Below, in pieces: positions 17,437-26,157 of a stretch of 32,000 bases of DNA; positions within the stretch are counted from its first letter, which is position 1; every line of letters begins with the position of its first letter. The stretch is from NCBI RefSeq assembly GCF_000011805.1, contig NC_006840.2. One strand, written 5' to 3'. This stretch comes from Aliivibrio fischeri ES114. GTDB taxonomy: Bacteria > Pseudomonadota > Gammaproteobacteria > Enterobacterales > Vibrionaceae. Under the pieces are notes generated by a model that was given only the letters and a program-made list of their open reading frames with translations, did not search any database and had not been told where the DNA came from. The translations under genes and the position numbers were made by a program.

Positions 17437-18369
17437 ATGGCTAGTTCAATTGATATTGCAAAACAAGTAATTCAAACCGAAATTGAAGGGTTGGATTATA
17501 TGGCAAAAAGATTAGGTTCTGAATTTGAGGTGGCGATAAATGCCATCATTAATACAAAAGGTCGCACTATAATTTGTGGGATGGGAAAATCAGGAATTAT
17601 CGGAAAAAAAATAGCAGCGTCTTTTGCTAGTACTGGTACTCCTAGTTTCTTTATGCATCCTGGAGAGGCTTTTCATGGCGATCTTGGAATGGTGAAACCA
17701 GAAGATGTATTTATTGCTATATCGAATTCGGGTGAAACTGATGAAGTTTTAAAACTGTTACCTTTCTTACGTGATAACGGTAACTTTGTTATTGCTATAA
17801 CAGGTAAAGAAAACTCTACACTTGCTACAAATTCTCACTGTCATTTAGATATTTCTGTGCCTAAAGAGGCGTGTCCTTTGCAATTGGCACCAACATCGTC
17901 AACAACAGCAACTCTTGTTATGGGGGATGCCTTAACGGTTGCTTTGATGGATGTTCGTGAATTCCAACCTGAAAACTTTGCTCGTTTTCACCCAGGAGGT
18001 AGCTTAGGTCGACGATTATTGTCAAAAGTTCAAGATGAAATGTTTTCTGACAATATCCCAAGTGTCGCTTCAGATGCAGATTTCACTTCTATCATTCATA
18101 AAATATCCTCAAGTCATCTAGGACTTACATTGGTTAATTTAAAGGATGATTCTTTAGCTATCATCACTGATGGTGACTTGCGCCGAGCTATGGAATCAAA
18201 GGGGAGAGACGCTTTTGATTTGGTAGCAAAAGATATTGCATCAATTAATCCTGCCTCTATATCACCTGAGTCTAATATACAAAAAGCTTACGAGATCATG
18301 GAGAGTAAAGGGATAACATCATTGATTGTTGTTGAAAGTAATTCTGTTGTTGGTATTTTGAAAAAGTAA
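17437..18369 (+). CDS. kdsD: Arabinose-5-phosphate isomerase (KdsD/KpsF/GutQ family)
   Basis: 310 aa. The SIS domain has GMGKSGIIGKKIAASFASTGTPSFFMHPGEAFHGDLG and SNSGET. Two C-terminal CBS-like repeats follow. The start abuts the kdsB stop. Confidence 0.9.
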   Translation: MASSIDIAKQVIQTEIEGLDYMAKRLGSEFEVAINAIINTKGRTIICGMGKSGIIGKKIAASFASTGTPSFFMHPGEAFHGDLGMVKPEDVFIAISNSGETDEVLKLLPFLRDNGNFVIAITGKENSTLATNSHCHLDISVPKEACPLQLAPTSSTTATLVMGDALTVALMDVREFQPENFARFHPGGSLGRRLLSKVQDEMFSDNIPSVASDADFTSIIHKISSSHLGLTLVNLKDDSLAIITDGDLRRAMESKGRDAFDLVAKDIASINPASISPESNIQKAYEIMESKGITSLIVVESNSVVGILKK

Positions 18370-18408
18370 TTTAATTATTTATATAACTAATAAATAACTG
18401 AATAACTA

Positions 18409-18437
18409 TTGATAATTTGCTCTATTTTTGTACAATA
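18409..18437 (+). promoter_or_regulatory. Near-consensus sigma70-type promoter (TTGATA-N17-TACAAT)
   Basis: ttgata at 18409-18414, an exact 17-bp spacer, then tacaat at 18432-18437. Each hexamer matches consensus at 5/6 positions. It lies in the 245-bp kdsD-wecA gap and is not experimentally supported. Confidence 0.45.
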
Positions 18438-18441
18438 CCGC

Positions 18442-18556
18442 ACGTTGTTTTTCTTTGGCTAAAAAACAAACGTGGCTCGTGTTTTATTTGTATCGTTACA
18501 TTGATAACTGAATAAAATGCGAGCAAATAGACCACGTAGCAACTGCGTGGTTTTAT
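18442..18556 (+). ncRNA. Candidate small RNA or terminator-containing 5' leader of wecA
   Basis: Downstream of the promoter is a 12-bp bulged hairpin (18442-18453 pairs with 18463-18475; loop ctttggcta). An intrinsic-terminator-like hairpin follows: accacgta (18531-18538) pairs with tgcgtggt (18544-18551), loop gcaac, then TTTTA (18551-18556, sharing the last stem T). No ORF of 60 aa or more lies here. Confidence 0.3.
18531..18556 (+). terminator. Rho-independent terminator-like hairpin upstream of wecA
   Basis: An 8-bp stem (accacgta / tgcgtggt, one G.U) with a 5-nt loop, followed directly by ttttatg. Confidence 0.55.
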
Positions 18557-18614
18557 GCAATACCCATCTATATATAATTAAAAGATAACTACATTCCTAA
18601 AAGGAAGTTTATTC

Positions 18615-19706
18615 ATGATAAACGCATATCTGTTTGTGTTTCTCGTCTCATTTATCAGTTTATTTATTATGCGCAAAGTGGCTAAGCGCATTGGCTTGGT
18701 AGATAAACCTAATGAGCGAAAACATCATAAAGGAGTCATTCCATTAATTGGTGGTATTTCTATATTCACTACATTATGTATTGGTTTGCTTCTTTTCCTC
18801 CCTGTTACTGAAACTTTGCTTATGTATTTAGCATGTGCAGCGGTATTAGTGGTGCTAGGGGCCTTTGATGATTACTTTGATGTGTCATTTAAAATTAGGT
18901 TAATTGTTCAAACTGGCATTTCTCTGGTTATCATTTTTGCTGGTGGACACAGTTTACATAATTTAGGTTTCTTAATGGGCAGTGAGACCATCATGTTGTC
19001 TTCTGCGGTAAGTGGTTTTATTACCATTTTAGGTGTGATAGGGGCGATTAATGCCTTTAATATGGTGGATGGTATTGATGGCTTATTAGGTGGGTTAGCA
19101 TCGGTTACTTTTGCTGCGCTAGCTACCGTGTTCTATTACAGTGGTAATGATTATCTTGCTCATGTGTGCGGGTTAATCGTTATTGCTATGGTGCCATACA
19201 TTATGCTTAACCTCGGTTTTCCTTTGGGGCGTCGTTTTAAAGTCTTTATGGGTGATGCCGGCAGTATGTTTATTGGCTTTACGGTGGTTTGGATGCTTAT
19301 TCGTGGTTCACAAGAGCCAGCCGTTATTGCATTTAAACCGGTAACCGCATTATGGTTAATTGCAATTCCTCTTATGGATATGGCAACCATTATGATCCGT
19401 CGTGTTCGTAAGGGCCAATCTCCATTCAAACCAGATCGTGAGCATTTACATCATATTTGCCAGCGTTTGGGTTTATCTTCTTATATGACGCTTTTCTTAA
19501 TTTGTACTGTTGCTTTAATTTGCGCTTTCTTCGGCATTTGGGCTGATTTAAACGGCGTGAGTGAGTCGGTCATGTTCTTTAGTTTCTTGGCGCTATTTGG
19601 CGTGTACTTTATGACTATCAGCTACATCTGGCGTATCACAACATTTGTGCATAAGCTGTTTGGTAAGCGTATGTCGGTACAGCTTCAAGCTGAGATAAGC
19701 AAATAA
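18615..19706 (+). CDS. wecA: Undecaprenyl-phosphate alpha-N-acetylglucosaminyl-1-phosphate transferase (WecA/MraY family initiating transferase)
   Basis: 363 aa polytopic membrane protein: DxPNERKxH, GAFDDxxD, NAFNMVDGIDGL, FMGDAGSMFIGF, HLHH. These are the WecA/Rfe family motifs. Confidence 0.9.
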   Translation: MINAYLFVFLVSFISLFIMRKVAKRIGLVDKPNERKHHKGVIPLIGGISIFTTLCIGLLLFLPVTETLLMYLACAAVLVVLGAFDDYFDVSFKIRLIVQTGISLVIIFAGGHSLHNLGFLMGSETIMLSSAVSGFITILGVIGAINAFNMVDGIDGLLGGLASVTFAALATVFYYSGNDYLAHVCGLIVIAMVPYIMLNLGFPLGRRFKVFMGDAGSMFIGFTVVWMLIRGSQEPAVIAFKPVTALWLIAIPLMDMATIMIRRVRKGQSPFKPDREHLHHICQRLGLSSYMTLFLICTVALICAFFGIWADLNGVSESVMFFSFLALFGVYFMTISYIWRITTFVHKLFGKRMSVQLQAEISK

Positions 19707-19745
19707 TGGCGTTTTGCTAAATATATAGATAATCAATACACAAAA

Positions 19746-19779
19746 GCGGATATAACTTAAGGTTGTATCCGCTTTTTTT
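19746..19779 (+). terminator. Rho-independent terminator of wecA / end of unit 1
   Basis: gcggatataac (19746-19756) pairs with gttgtatccgc (19762-19772): 11 bp with one G.U and loop ttaag. A T7 run follows at 19773-19779, 40 nt after the wecA stop. Confidence 0.85.
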
Positions 19780-19791
19780 GTCTTATACTCT

Positions 19792-19898
19792 CTAGGTGCT
19801 AGGTGCTAGGTGCTAGGTGCTAGGTGCTAGGTGCTAGGTGCTAGGTGCTAGGTGCTAGGTGCTAGGTGCTAGGTGCTAGGTGCTAGATGCTAGGTGCT
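19792..19898. repeat. Heptanucleotide tandem array (AGGTGCT / CTAGGTG) x15
   Basis: Counted directly: 15 contiguous 7-bp units from 19794 to 19898, of which 14 are identical and one is a variant (agatgct, 19885-19891). A partial ct precedes them at 19792-19793. The same word appears once in the wzb-wzc gap (aggtgctag, 2381-2389). Confidence 0.98.
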
Positions 19899-20033
19899 AC
19901 TCTCTCTTTAGCTCAGTCCTTGCTTTTACTCGCCCCTTAACTCTCGTCCCTTAGCTCTCATCTCTGCTCTTCCTCGTCCTTAGTCCCTTTACTTATAGTC
20001 CCTTATTTTCTCACCCCTCCCTCAACCTCTCAT
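19899..20033. repeat. Pyrimidine-rich 'C-arm' repeat tract (ctcgcccct / ctcgtccct / tagtccct motifs)
   Basis: About four-fifths C/T on the + strand by my count. It contains cttttactcgcccctta (19923-19939), ctctcgtccctta (19941-19953), ctgctcttcctcgtccttagtccctttac (19964-19992) and tatagtccctta (19994-20005). These are the same motif family as 1574-1603, 1843-1872 and 2475-2590. Confidence 0.85.
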
Positions 20034-20220
20034 ATTCCACTTATAAATTTCAGTCTTTAGTGTGTTTGCCGATATATGGGCTTACTATGTAGCCAATCGT
20101 TTATTGGTCTTGCCTTTGAGTACGTTGCAAAGATGCTAACTTATTGGGCTTATGATAAAATATAAGCATATATAAACAGTTTAAATCATCAAACGCCTTG
20201 GGTATGCGTTATAACCTATG

Positions 20221-20232
20221 GGCGGTAGCGTA
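20221..20232 (+). promoter_or_regulatory. ops element (RfaH loading site) within a JUMPstart-like sequence
   Basis: ggcggtagcgta matches the ops core GGCGGTAG plus the following CGT of the E. coli/Salmonella consensus GGCGGTAGCGTG. It lies 49 nt upstream of the first gene of unit 2, in an untranslated leader, the usual position in polysaccharide operons. Confidence 0.75.
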
Positions 20233-20280
20233 CCTAATTGTTGTTTTTAAACCATAAACAAGAAAGTTAAGTAATTCTTT

Positions 20281-21246
20281 ATGCAATATAAAATTGAAGT
20301 TTTGCCAGCTGGTGTTCATTATCAGAGTGAAGATAATCTTCTTGATGATGCCCTTTCTCAAAATATTCCCTTAGAACATAGTTGTAAGACTGGGGATTGT
20401 GGTGCTTGTAGTGCAGAGATAATTACAGGAAATGTAGAAAATGTGCATGGAAACGTAGTTACTCAAGGCGAAATTCTTACTTGTCAATCAAAAGCGTTAT
20501 CTGATGTTGTTTTAAAAGCAAATTATTACCCTGAGTTGGTGGATATAAAACAACAAACGATTCCGTGTAAAGTAGCCAATGTGATTCGAGTTACTGACGA
20601 TATTATTATTCTTAAATTCCGTTTTCCACCAACGGTTAAGTTTGATTACCTTCCGGGTCAATATGTTGATTTGAGCTATAAAGGCATTAAGCGAAGTTAC
20701 TCTATTGCAAATGCAAAGTTAGATAGCAAAGAATTAGAATTACATATTCGAAAAGTGCCTAATGGACAAATGTCTGAATTGATTTTTGGTGATGTGCAAC
20801 TAAATCAATTAATGAGGATGGAAGGTCCAAAAGGGACGTTTTTTGTTCGTAATAATAATAAGCCACTTCTTTTACTCGCAACAGGTACTGGTATTGCCCC
20901 AATTAAGGCTATAGTTGAAGAGCTAATTGTAAAAGAAGATAAACGTAATGTTTATATTTACTGGGGTATGCAATATGAAGCGGAATTATATTGTACAGAA
21001 CTAGCTCAATATGCTGAAGAATATGAGCATATTCAATTCTCTCCTGTTTTGTCAAAAGAGCAAGATTGGCAAGGACATAAAGGTTATGTTCAAGATGCTG
21101 TTAATCATGATTTTGATTCATTAGAAAACGTTGAAGTATATGCGTGTGGTTCATTGAGGATGATCGATGAAGCTAAAGTATTATTTATGAATAAGCAATT
21201 ACCATCAGATTCCTTTCACTCTGATGCATTTACCCCTGCAAAATAA
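20281..21246 (+). CDS. ddhD: CDP-6-deoxy-L-threo-D-glycero-4-hexulose-3-dehydrase reductase (E3; [2Fe-2S] + FNR-like flavin/NAD domains)
   Basis: 321 aa. The N-terminal plant-type ferredoxin has the pattern CKTGDCGACSAE...LTCQS. The FNR-like domain has RSYSIAN and a GTGIAP nucleotide-binding motif. It sits directly before ddhA-ddhB-ddhC. Confidence 0.88.
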   Translation: MQYKIEVLPAGVHYQSEDNLLDDALSQNIPLEHSCKTGDCGACSAEIITGNVENVHGNVVTQGEILTCQSKALSDVVLKANYYPELVDIKQQTIPCKVANVIRVTDDIIILKFRFPPTVKFDYLPGQYVDLSYKGIKRSYSIANAKLDSKELELHIRKVPNGQMSELIFGDVQLNQLMRMEGPKGTFFVRNNNKPLLLLATGTGIAPIKAIVEELIVKEDKRNVYIYWGMQYEAELYCTELAQYAEEYEHIQFSPVLSKEQDWQGHKGYVQDAVNHDFDSLENVEVYACGSLRMIDEAKVLFMNKQLPSDSFHSDAFTPAK

Positions 21247-21268
21247 TTTAAATTAGTTGGAGATACCA

Positions 21269-22042
21269 ATGAAAGCAGTGATTCTAGCTGGTGGTTTAGG
21301 CACTCGCCTAAGTGAAGAAACATCAGTAAAACCAAAACCAATGGTTGAAATCGGTGGAAAACCAATTTTATGGCACATCATGAAGCTATATTCTGCTCAT
21401 GGCATTAATGATTTCATTATTTGTTGTGGTTATAAAGGATATGTAATTAAAGAGTATTTTGCTAATTATTTCTTACATATGTCTGATGTCACTTTTGATA
21501 TGAAAGAAAATAAAATGGAAGTACACCATAAACGTGCAGAACCTTGGACGGTAACATTAGTTGATACTGGTGATAATTCGATGACAGGTGGTCGTTTAGG
21601 CCGAGTTGCAGATTATCTTAAAGACGAAGAGGCTTTTTGTTTTACCTATGGTGATGGTGTTAGTGATGTTGATATTACAAAAACACTTGAGTTCCATAAA
21701 GCTCATGGAAAAAAAGCAACGTTAACGGCAACATTTCCTCCTGGCCGTTTTGGCGCTTTAGATATTTCTGCAGGTAAAGTTAATAGTTTTAAAGAAAAGC
21801 CTCGTGGTGATGGCGCTATGATTAATGGTGGGTTCTTTATTCTATCCCCTAAAGTGCTGAAGTTGATCGATGGTGATAGTTGTACTTGGGAGCAGTACCC
21901 ATTAAATAAATTAGCCGAAGATGGCGAGTTAATGGCTTATGAGCATCATGGCTTTTGGCAACCAATGGATACTTTGCGCGATAAGGTATATTTAGATGAG
22001 TTATGGCAAGAAGGTAAAGCACCTTGGAAAATTTGGGAGTAA
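21269..22042 (+). CDS. ddhA: Glucose-1-phosphate cytidylyltransferase
   Basis: The ATG at 21269 ([18 protein letters not shown]) is preceded by ggaga at 21259-21263; the TTG at 21257 in the track is less likely. [35 protein letters not shown] and [10 protein letters not shown] are RfbF/DdhA signatures. Confidence 0.93.
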   Translation: MKAVILAGGLGTRLSEETSVKPKPMVEIGGKPILWHIMKLYSAHGINDFIICCGYKGYVIKEYFANYFLHMSDVTFDMKENKMEVHHKRAEPWTVTLVDTGDNSMTGGRLGRVADYLKDEEAFCFTYGDGVSDVDITKTLEFHKAHGKKATLTATFPPGRFGALDISAGKVNSFKEKPRGDGAMINGGFFILSPKVLKLIDGDSCTWEQYPLNKLAEDGELMAYEHHGFWQPMDTLRDKVYLDELWQEGKAPWKIWE

Positions 22043-22045
22043 GTT

Positions 22046-23128
22046 ATGAATCCTAGTTTCTGGAAAGGTAAAAAAGTATTTGTGACAGGTCATTCTGGTT
22101 TTAAAGGTGGCTGGTTATCGTTGTGGCTGCAAGAGATGGGCGCAATAGTAAAAGGATATTCTTTACCGGCTCCTACTTTACCAAGCTTATTTGAAGAGGC
22201 GAAGGTTGGATCTAGAATGAGTAATGAGGTAGGTGATATTCGAGACTTTACTCATCTTCGTCAAGTTATCTCAGAATTTAAACCTGAAATCGTTTTTCAT
22301 ATGGCTGCACAACCATTAGTCCGCTTATCTTATGATGATCCGATGGAAACTTATTCAACAAACGTTATGGGTACTGTTTATTTGTTGGAGGCCGTAAAGC
22401 AAGTTGGTGGTGTTAAAGCAGTCGTTAATATTACATCTGATAAATGCTATGAAAACCGCGAATGGGTTTGGGGTTATCGTGAAGATGAAGCGATGGGGGG
22501 TTATGACCCATACAGCAACAGTAAAGGTTGTGCTGAGTTAGTTGCATCATCTTATCGTCAATCTTTTTTCAATAAAGATAAATATGCTGAGCATGGTTGT
22601 GCGTTAGCTTCTGTTCGAGCTGGTAATGTTATTGGTGGCGGTGATTGGGCTGATGATCGTCTTATTCCTGATATGCTTAAGGCGTTTTCGAGCAATCAGG
22701 CCGTTGAAATCCGTAGTCCCCATGCTATACGTCCTTGGCAACATGTTCTTGAACCTCTTTCTGGCTACATTACGATAGCTGAATATTTATATGAATATGG
22801 GTGTGATTTTGCGGAAGGGTGGAACTTTGGACCTAAAGATGAAGATGCTAAGCCAGTTGAATGGATTGTTGATACATTAACTTCTGTTTGGGGGGACGAT
22901 GCCCGTTGGTTCTTAAGTGAAGGTGAGCATCCACACGAAGCCCATTATTTAAAATTAGATTGTTCTAAAGCTAAAATGCGTTTGAATTGGCAACCAGTTT
23001 GGGATTTAGAATATACATTAACAAAGATTGTGAATTGGCAAAAAGCTTGGTTGAATAAGCAAGATATGCAGCAATACACAATTAATGAAATTAAAGAATA
23101 CATGACAGCAAGAGCAGGAACTAAATAA
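22046..23128 (+). CDS. ddhB: CDP-glucose 4,6-dehydratase
   Basis: 360 aa extended SDR: [39 protein letters not shown] (YxxxK), [20 protein letters not shown]. These are RfbG/DdhB signatures. Confidence 0.93.
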   Translation: MNPSFWKGKKVFVTGHSGFKGGWLSLWLQEMGAIVKGYSLPAPTLPSLFEEAKVGSRMSNEVGDIRDFTHLRQVISEFKPEIVFHMAAQPLVRLSYDDPMETYSTNVMGTVYLLEAVKQVGGVKAVVNITSDKCYENREWVWGYREDEAMGGYDPYSNSKGCAELVASSYRQSFFNKDKYAEHGCALASVRAGNVIGGGDWADDRLIPDMLKAFSSNQAVEIRSPHAIRPWQHVLEPLSGYITIAEYLYEYGCDFAEGWNFGPKDEDAKPVEWIVDTLTSVWGDDARWFLSEGEHPHEAHYLKLDCSKAKMRLNWQPVWDLEYTLTKIVNWQKAWLNKQDMQQYTINEIKEYMTARAGTK

Positions 23129-24441
23129 TGTCTAAAGAATTAATCAGAAGTCAAATTGCAGATCTTGTTGATCAATATGCAGCACTTGAATATGCACCTA
23201 AAGAATTTGTTGGTGGCGAAACTGTAGTACCGCCATCTGGAAAAGTACTAGGTGCGAATGAATTAAAAATGATGGTTGAAGCATCGTTAGATGGTTGGTT
23301 AACTACTGGACGCTTTAATGATGCATTTGAAAAACGCCTAGGTGAATACCTTGGTGTTCCTTATGTGTTAACTACAACATCTGGATCTTCGGCTAATTTA
23401 TTAGCATTAACAGCGTTAACATCACCAAAACTTGGTGATCGTCAATTAAAACCAGGTGATGAGGTCATTACTGTAGCTGCTGGCTTTCCAACAACGGTAA
23501 ACCCAACGATTCAAAACGGATTAATCCCTGTTTTTGTTGATGTTGATATTCCAACATATCAAATCAAACCTGACATGATCGAAGCAGCAGTTACAGAAAA
23601 AACCAAAGCAATCATGGTTGCTCATACGCTTGGCAATGTATTTGATTTAACTGAAGCACGTCGTGTAGCAGATAAATATAATCTTTGGCTAATTGAAGAT
23701 TGCTGTGATGCATTAGGCTCTACCTATAATGATCAAATGGTTGGTACGTTTGGTGATATCTCAACAGTAAGCTTTTATCCTGCTCACCATATAACAATGG
23801 GGGAAGGTGGTGCGGTATTTACTAAAGATAAAGAGCTTCGTAAATTAATTGAATCTTTCCGTGATTGGGGACGTGATTGCTACTGTGCACCAGGTTGTGA
23901 TGACACATGTAAGAAACGTTTCGATCAACAATTAGGTTCATTACCTCAAGGCTACGATCATAAATATACATATTCGCATTTAGGCTATAACTTAAAAATT
24001 ACCGATATGCAGGCAGCTTGTGGCCTTGCACAAATGGATCGTGTTGAAGAGTTAGTGCAAGCTCGTAAAGATAATTATGCATATTTAAAAGAAGGCTTAG
24101 CCTCATGCGAGGAGTTTATTATTCTTCCTGAAGCAACTGAGAATTCAACTCCATCATGGTTTGGCTTCCCTATCACAATCAAAGAAGATAGTGGTATTGA
24201 GCGTGTTGATCTTCTTAAGTTTATGGATCAATTTAAGATTGGTACTCGTTTATTATTTGCTGGTAATTTAACTCGCCAACCGTACTTTAAAGATGTTGAG
24301 TATCGTGTTGTTGGTGAATTAACTAACACTGATTTAATTATGAATAATACATTCTGGATTGGTGTGTATCCTGGTTTAACTAAAGATCATTTAGACTTTG
24401 TTATCGAAAAGTTTGAAGAGTTTTTTGGTGTGAGTTTTTAG
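23128..24441 (+). CDS. ddhC: CDP-6-deoxy-L-threo-D-glycero-4-hexulose-3-dehydrase (E1; PMP-dependent, DegT/DnrJ/EryC1 fold)
   Basis: 437 aa aminotransferase-fold protein with [23 protein letters not shown] and [14 protein letters not shown]. The usual PLP-lysine position is occupied by His, as in E1/RfbH. It also has a Cys-rich insert [16 protein letters not shown], consistent with the E1 iron-sulfur cluster. Confidence 0.9.
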   Translation: MSKELIRSQIADLVDQYAALEYAPKEFVGGETVVPPSGKVLGANELKMMVEASLDGWLTTGRFNDAFEKRLGEYLGVPYVLTTTSGSSANLLALTALTSPKLGDRQLKPGDEVITVAAGFPTTVNPTIQNGLIPVFVDVDIPTYQIKPDMIEAAVTEKTKAIMVAHTLGNVFDLTEARRVADKYNLWLIEDCCDALGSTYNDQMVGTFGDISTVSFYPAHHITMGEGGAVFTKDKELRKLIESFRDWGRDCYCAPGCDDTCKKRFDQQLGSLPQGYDHKYTYSHLGYNLKITDMQAACGLAQMDRVEELVQARKDNYAYLKEGLASCEEFIILPEATENSTPSWFGFPITIKEDSGIERVDLLKFMDQFKIGTRLLFAGNLTRQPYFKDVEYRVVGELTNTDLIMNNTFWIGVYPGLTKDHLDFVIEKFEEFFGVSF

Positions 24442-24456
24442 ATTTAAGGTAGGCAA

Positions 24457-26157
24457 ATGAAAGCTTCAGATGCAGTAGCAAGATTATTATCATTAAATAA
24501 TGTAAATGTTGGTTTTGAGTTAATAGGTGGGATGATTACACATTTAGTCGATAGTATTAATGAGTTAGGCGAGACCACATTATTATCATTACATCATGAA
24601 CAAGCTGCTGCATTTGCTGCGGGTGGGGTTGCAAGAGCAACCAATAATAAAATTATAGGTCTAGCTCTTGGAACTAGTGGACCAGGAGCTACGAATTTAA
24701 TTACAGGAATCGCGGATTGTTGGTTAGATAATTACCCTTGTATTTTTATTACAGGGCAAGTTAACACTTATGAATTAAAAGGTGATAAACCTTTAAGACA
24801 GCAGGGATTCCAAGAGCTTGATATTGTTAGTTTAGTCGAATCGATTACCAAATATGCAGTTCAAGTAAAGACAGCAGAAGAGATTTTACCAACATTACAA
24901 AAAGCTATAAATATGGCAAAAGAAGGTCGCCCTGGACCTGTATTGATTGATATCCCAATGAATTTACAAAGGGAAGAGTTAAATATTCAACTGAATGATA
25001 TCAATAGTTTTTTAAATGTTGACGTTGATGATGAGCTAAAATCTGAAGCTATTGATTATTCTTCATTAGATTGTTTATTAAAAAATGCAGAAAAACCAGT
25101 ATTTATTATCGGCGGTGGCGCTTGTAGTGAAGTGCATTTCGATGATTGGCAAAGTAAAATATCTAATTACGGCATTCCGTGTGTTTCTAGTTTAAAAGGG
25201 ACAGAAAAGACCACTTGCCTACCTGGCTATTTAGGTATGCTTGGTGCTTATGGAACTCGTGCTGCTAATTATGCAGTGCAGAACGCAGATTTGATTATTA
25301 TTCTTGGAAGCCGACTTGATGTTAGGCAAACAGGAGCAAATGCAGATGATTTTGCTCGGAGTGCAAAGAATATAGTCCAAATTGATATTGATGCAGCACA
25401 ACTTAATAATCGAGTTAGAAATAATTTATCAATTATTGGAAAGTGCAATGATTATTTTATTCACATGCTAAATGGTGATCTTAAAATAAACTGTGTTGAA
25501 TGGCATAATGAAGTTACTGGTTTATTTCATGAAAAGTTTACAGATGAATACCCTGAATTAAAATTTAGTCCTTTTCAAATTGTAAACTCTTTATCTCAAT
25601 GTTTTAGAGGTAAAGCTGTACAGTTTGTCGCTGATGTAGGTAATCATCAAATGTGGCTTGCTCATTCACTGCTTTTAGAGAAGCAACAAAAATCTCATCA
25701 TTCAGGCGGACTAGGCGCTATGGGATTCTCTTTACCTACGGCAATTGGAGTGAAGTTAGCAACTGATGATCTTGTTGTTTCGATTTCTGGCGATGGTGGA
25801 TTTCAGCTTAATGTGCAAGAGCTAGATATTATCAACCGTGAGCAGTTACCAATTTTAGTTATTATTTTAAATAACCATTCATTAGGAATGGTTAAGAATT
25901 TTCAAGATATGTACTTTGAAGGGCGTAGCCAACCAACGTATTGGAATGGGTATTCTTGCTCATTTAAGGATATAGGAGAAGCTTATGGGATTGAATCACA
26001 TAAAGTAAATGATAATTTTGATTTCTTAAGTAATGTTAAAAGTTATGTTGATAATCCAAGACCGTTATTAATTGAAGTGTCAATTGAAAATATTACTTCA
26101 TGCAAGCCAAGATTAGCGTTTGGTAAGCCAATTGATGAGCAATATCCTAATGATTAA
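24457..26157 (+). CDS. ThDP-dependent acetolactate-synthase-like enzyme; predicted sugar C-branching carboligase (YerE-like)
   Basis: 566 aa with three-domain ALS-type architecture: HEQAAAFAAGG, GPGATNL, and the ThDP-binding motif SGDGGFQLNVQELD...ILNNHSLG (GDG-X-NN). No ilv partner genes are nearby. It lies directly downstream of ddhDABC and upstream of an SDR, the arrangement I recall for the Yersinia pseudotuberculosis yersiniose A genes. Confidence 0.7.
   Translation: MKASDAVARLLSLNNVNVGFELIGGMITHLVDSINELGETTLLSLHHEQAAAFAAGGVARATNNKIIGLALGTSGPGATNLITGIADCWLDNYPCIFITGQVNTYELKGDKPLRQQGFQELDIVSLVESITKYAVQVKTAEEILPTLQKAINMAKEGRPGPVLIDIPMNLQREELNIQLNDINSFLNVDVDDELKSEAIDYSSLDCLLKNAEKPVFIIGGGACSEVHFDDWQSKISNYGIPCVSSLKGTEKTTCLPGYLGMLGAYGTRAANYAVQNADLIIILGSRLDVRQTGANADDFARSAKNIVQIDIDAAQLNNRVRNNLSIIGKCNDYFIHMLNGDLKINCVEWHNEVTGLFHEKFTDEYPELKFSPFQIVNSLSQCFRGKAVQFVADVGNHQMWLAHSLLLEKQQKSHHSGGLGAMGFSLPTAIGVKLATDDLVVSISGDGGFQLNVQELDIINREQLPILVIILNNHSLGMVKNFQDMYFEGRSQPTYWNGYSCSFKDIGEAYGIESHKVNDNFDFLSNVKSYVDNPRPLLIEVSIENITSCKPRLAFGKPIDEQYPND

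Noticed and set aside
6239-19429. Minus-strand ORFs 6239-6451, 14685-14912 and 19160-19429
   Set aside because: They are antisense to rfbA, a GT2 and wecA respectively. There is no independent support, so they are treated as spurious.
20035-20220. Specific -35/-10 promoter for unit 2 upstream of the ops element
   Set aside because: Several weak candidates exist (e.g. TTGCAA at 20125-20130 with TATGAT at 20151-20156), but spacers are 14-15 or 20-21 bp or the hexamers match at 3/6 or fewer. I cannot support a single call without TSS data.
24457-26157. Annotation as a branched-chain amino-acid acetolactate synthase large subunit (ilvB/ilvI)
   Set aside because: There is no small-subunit gene or other ilv genes nearby. 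The gene is flanked on both sides by sugar-nucleotide genes, sitting 15 nt downstream of ddhC and overlapping the following SDR by 8 nt. A sugar-branching carboligase role is more parsimonious, though sequence alone cannot exclude ALS activity.
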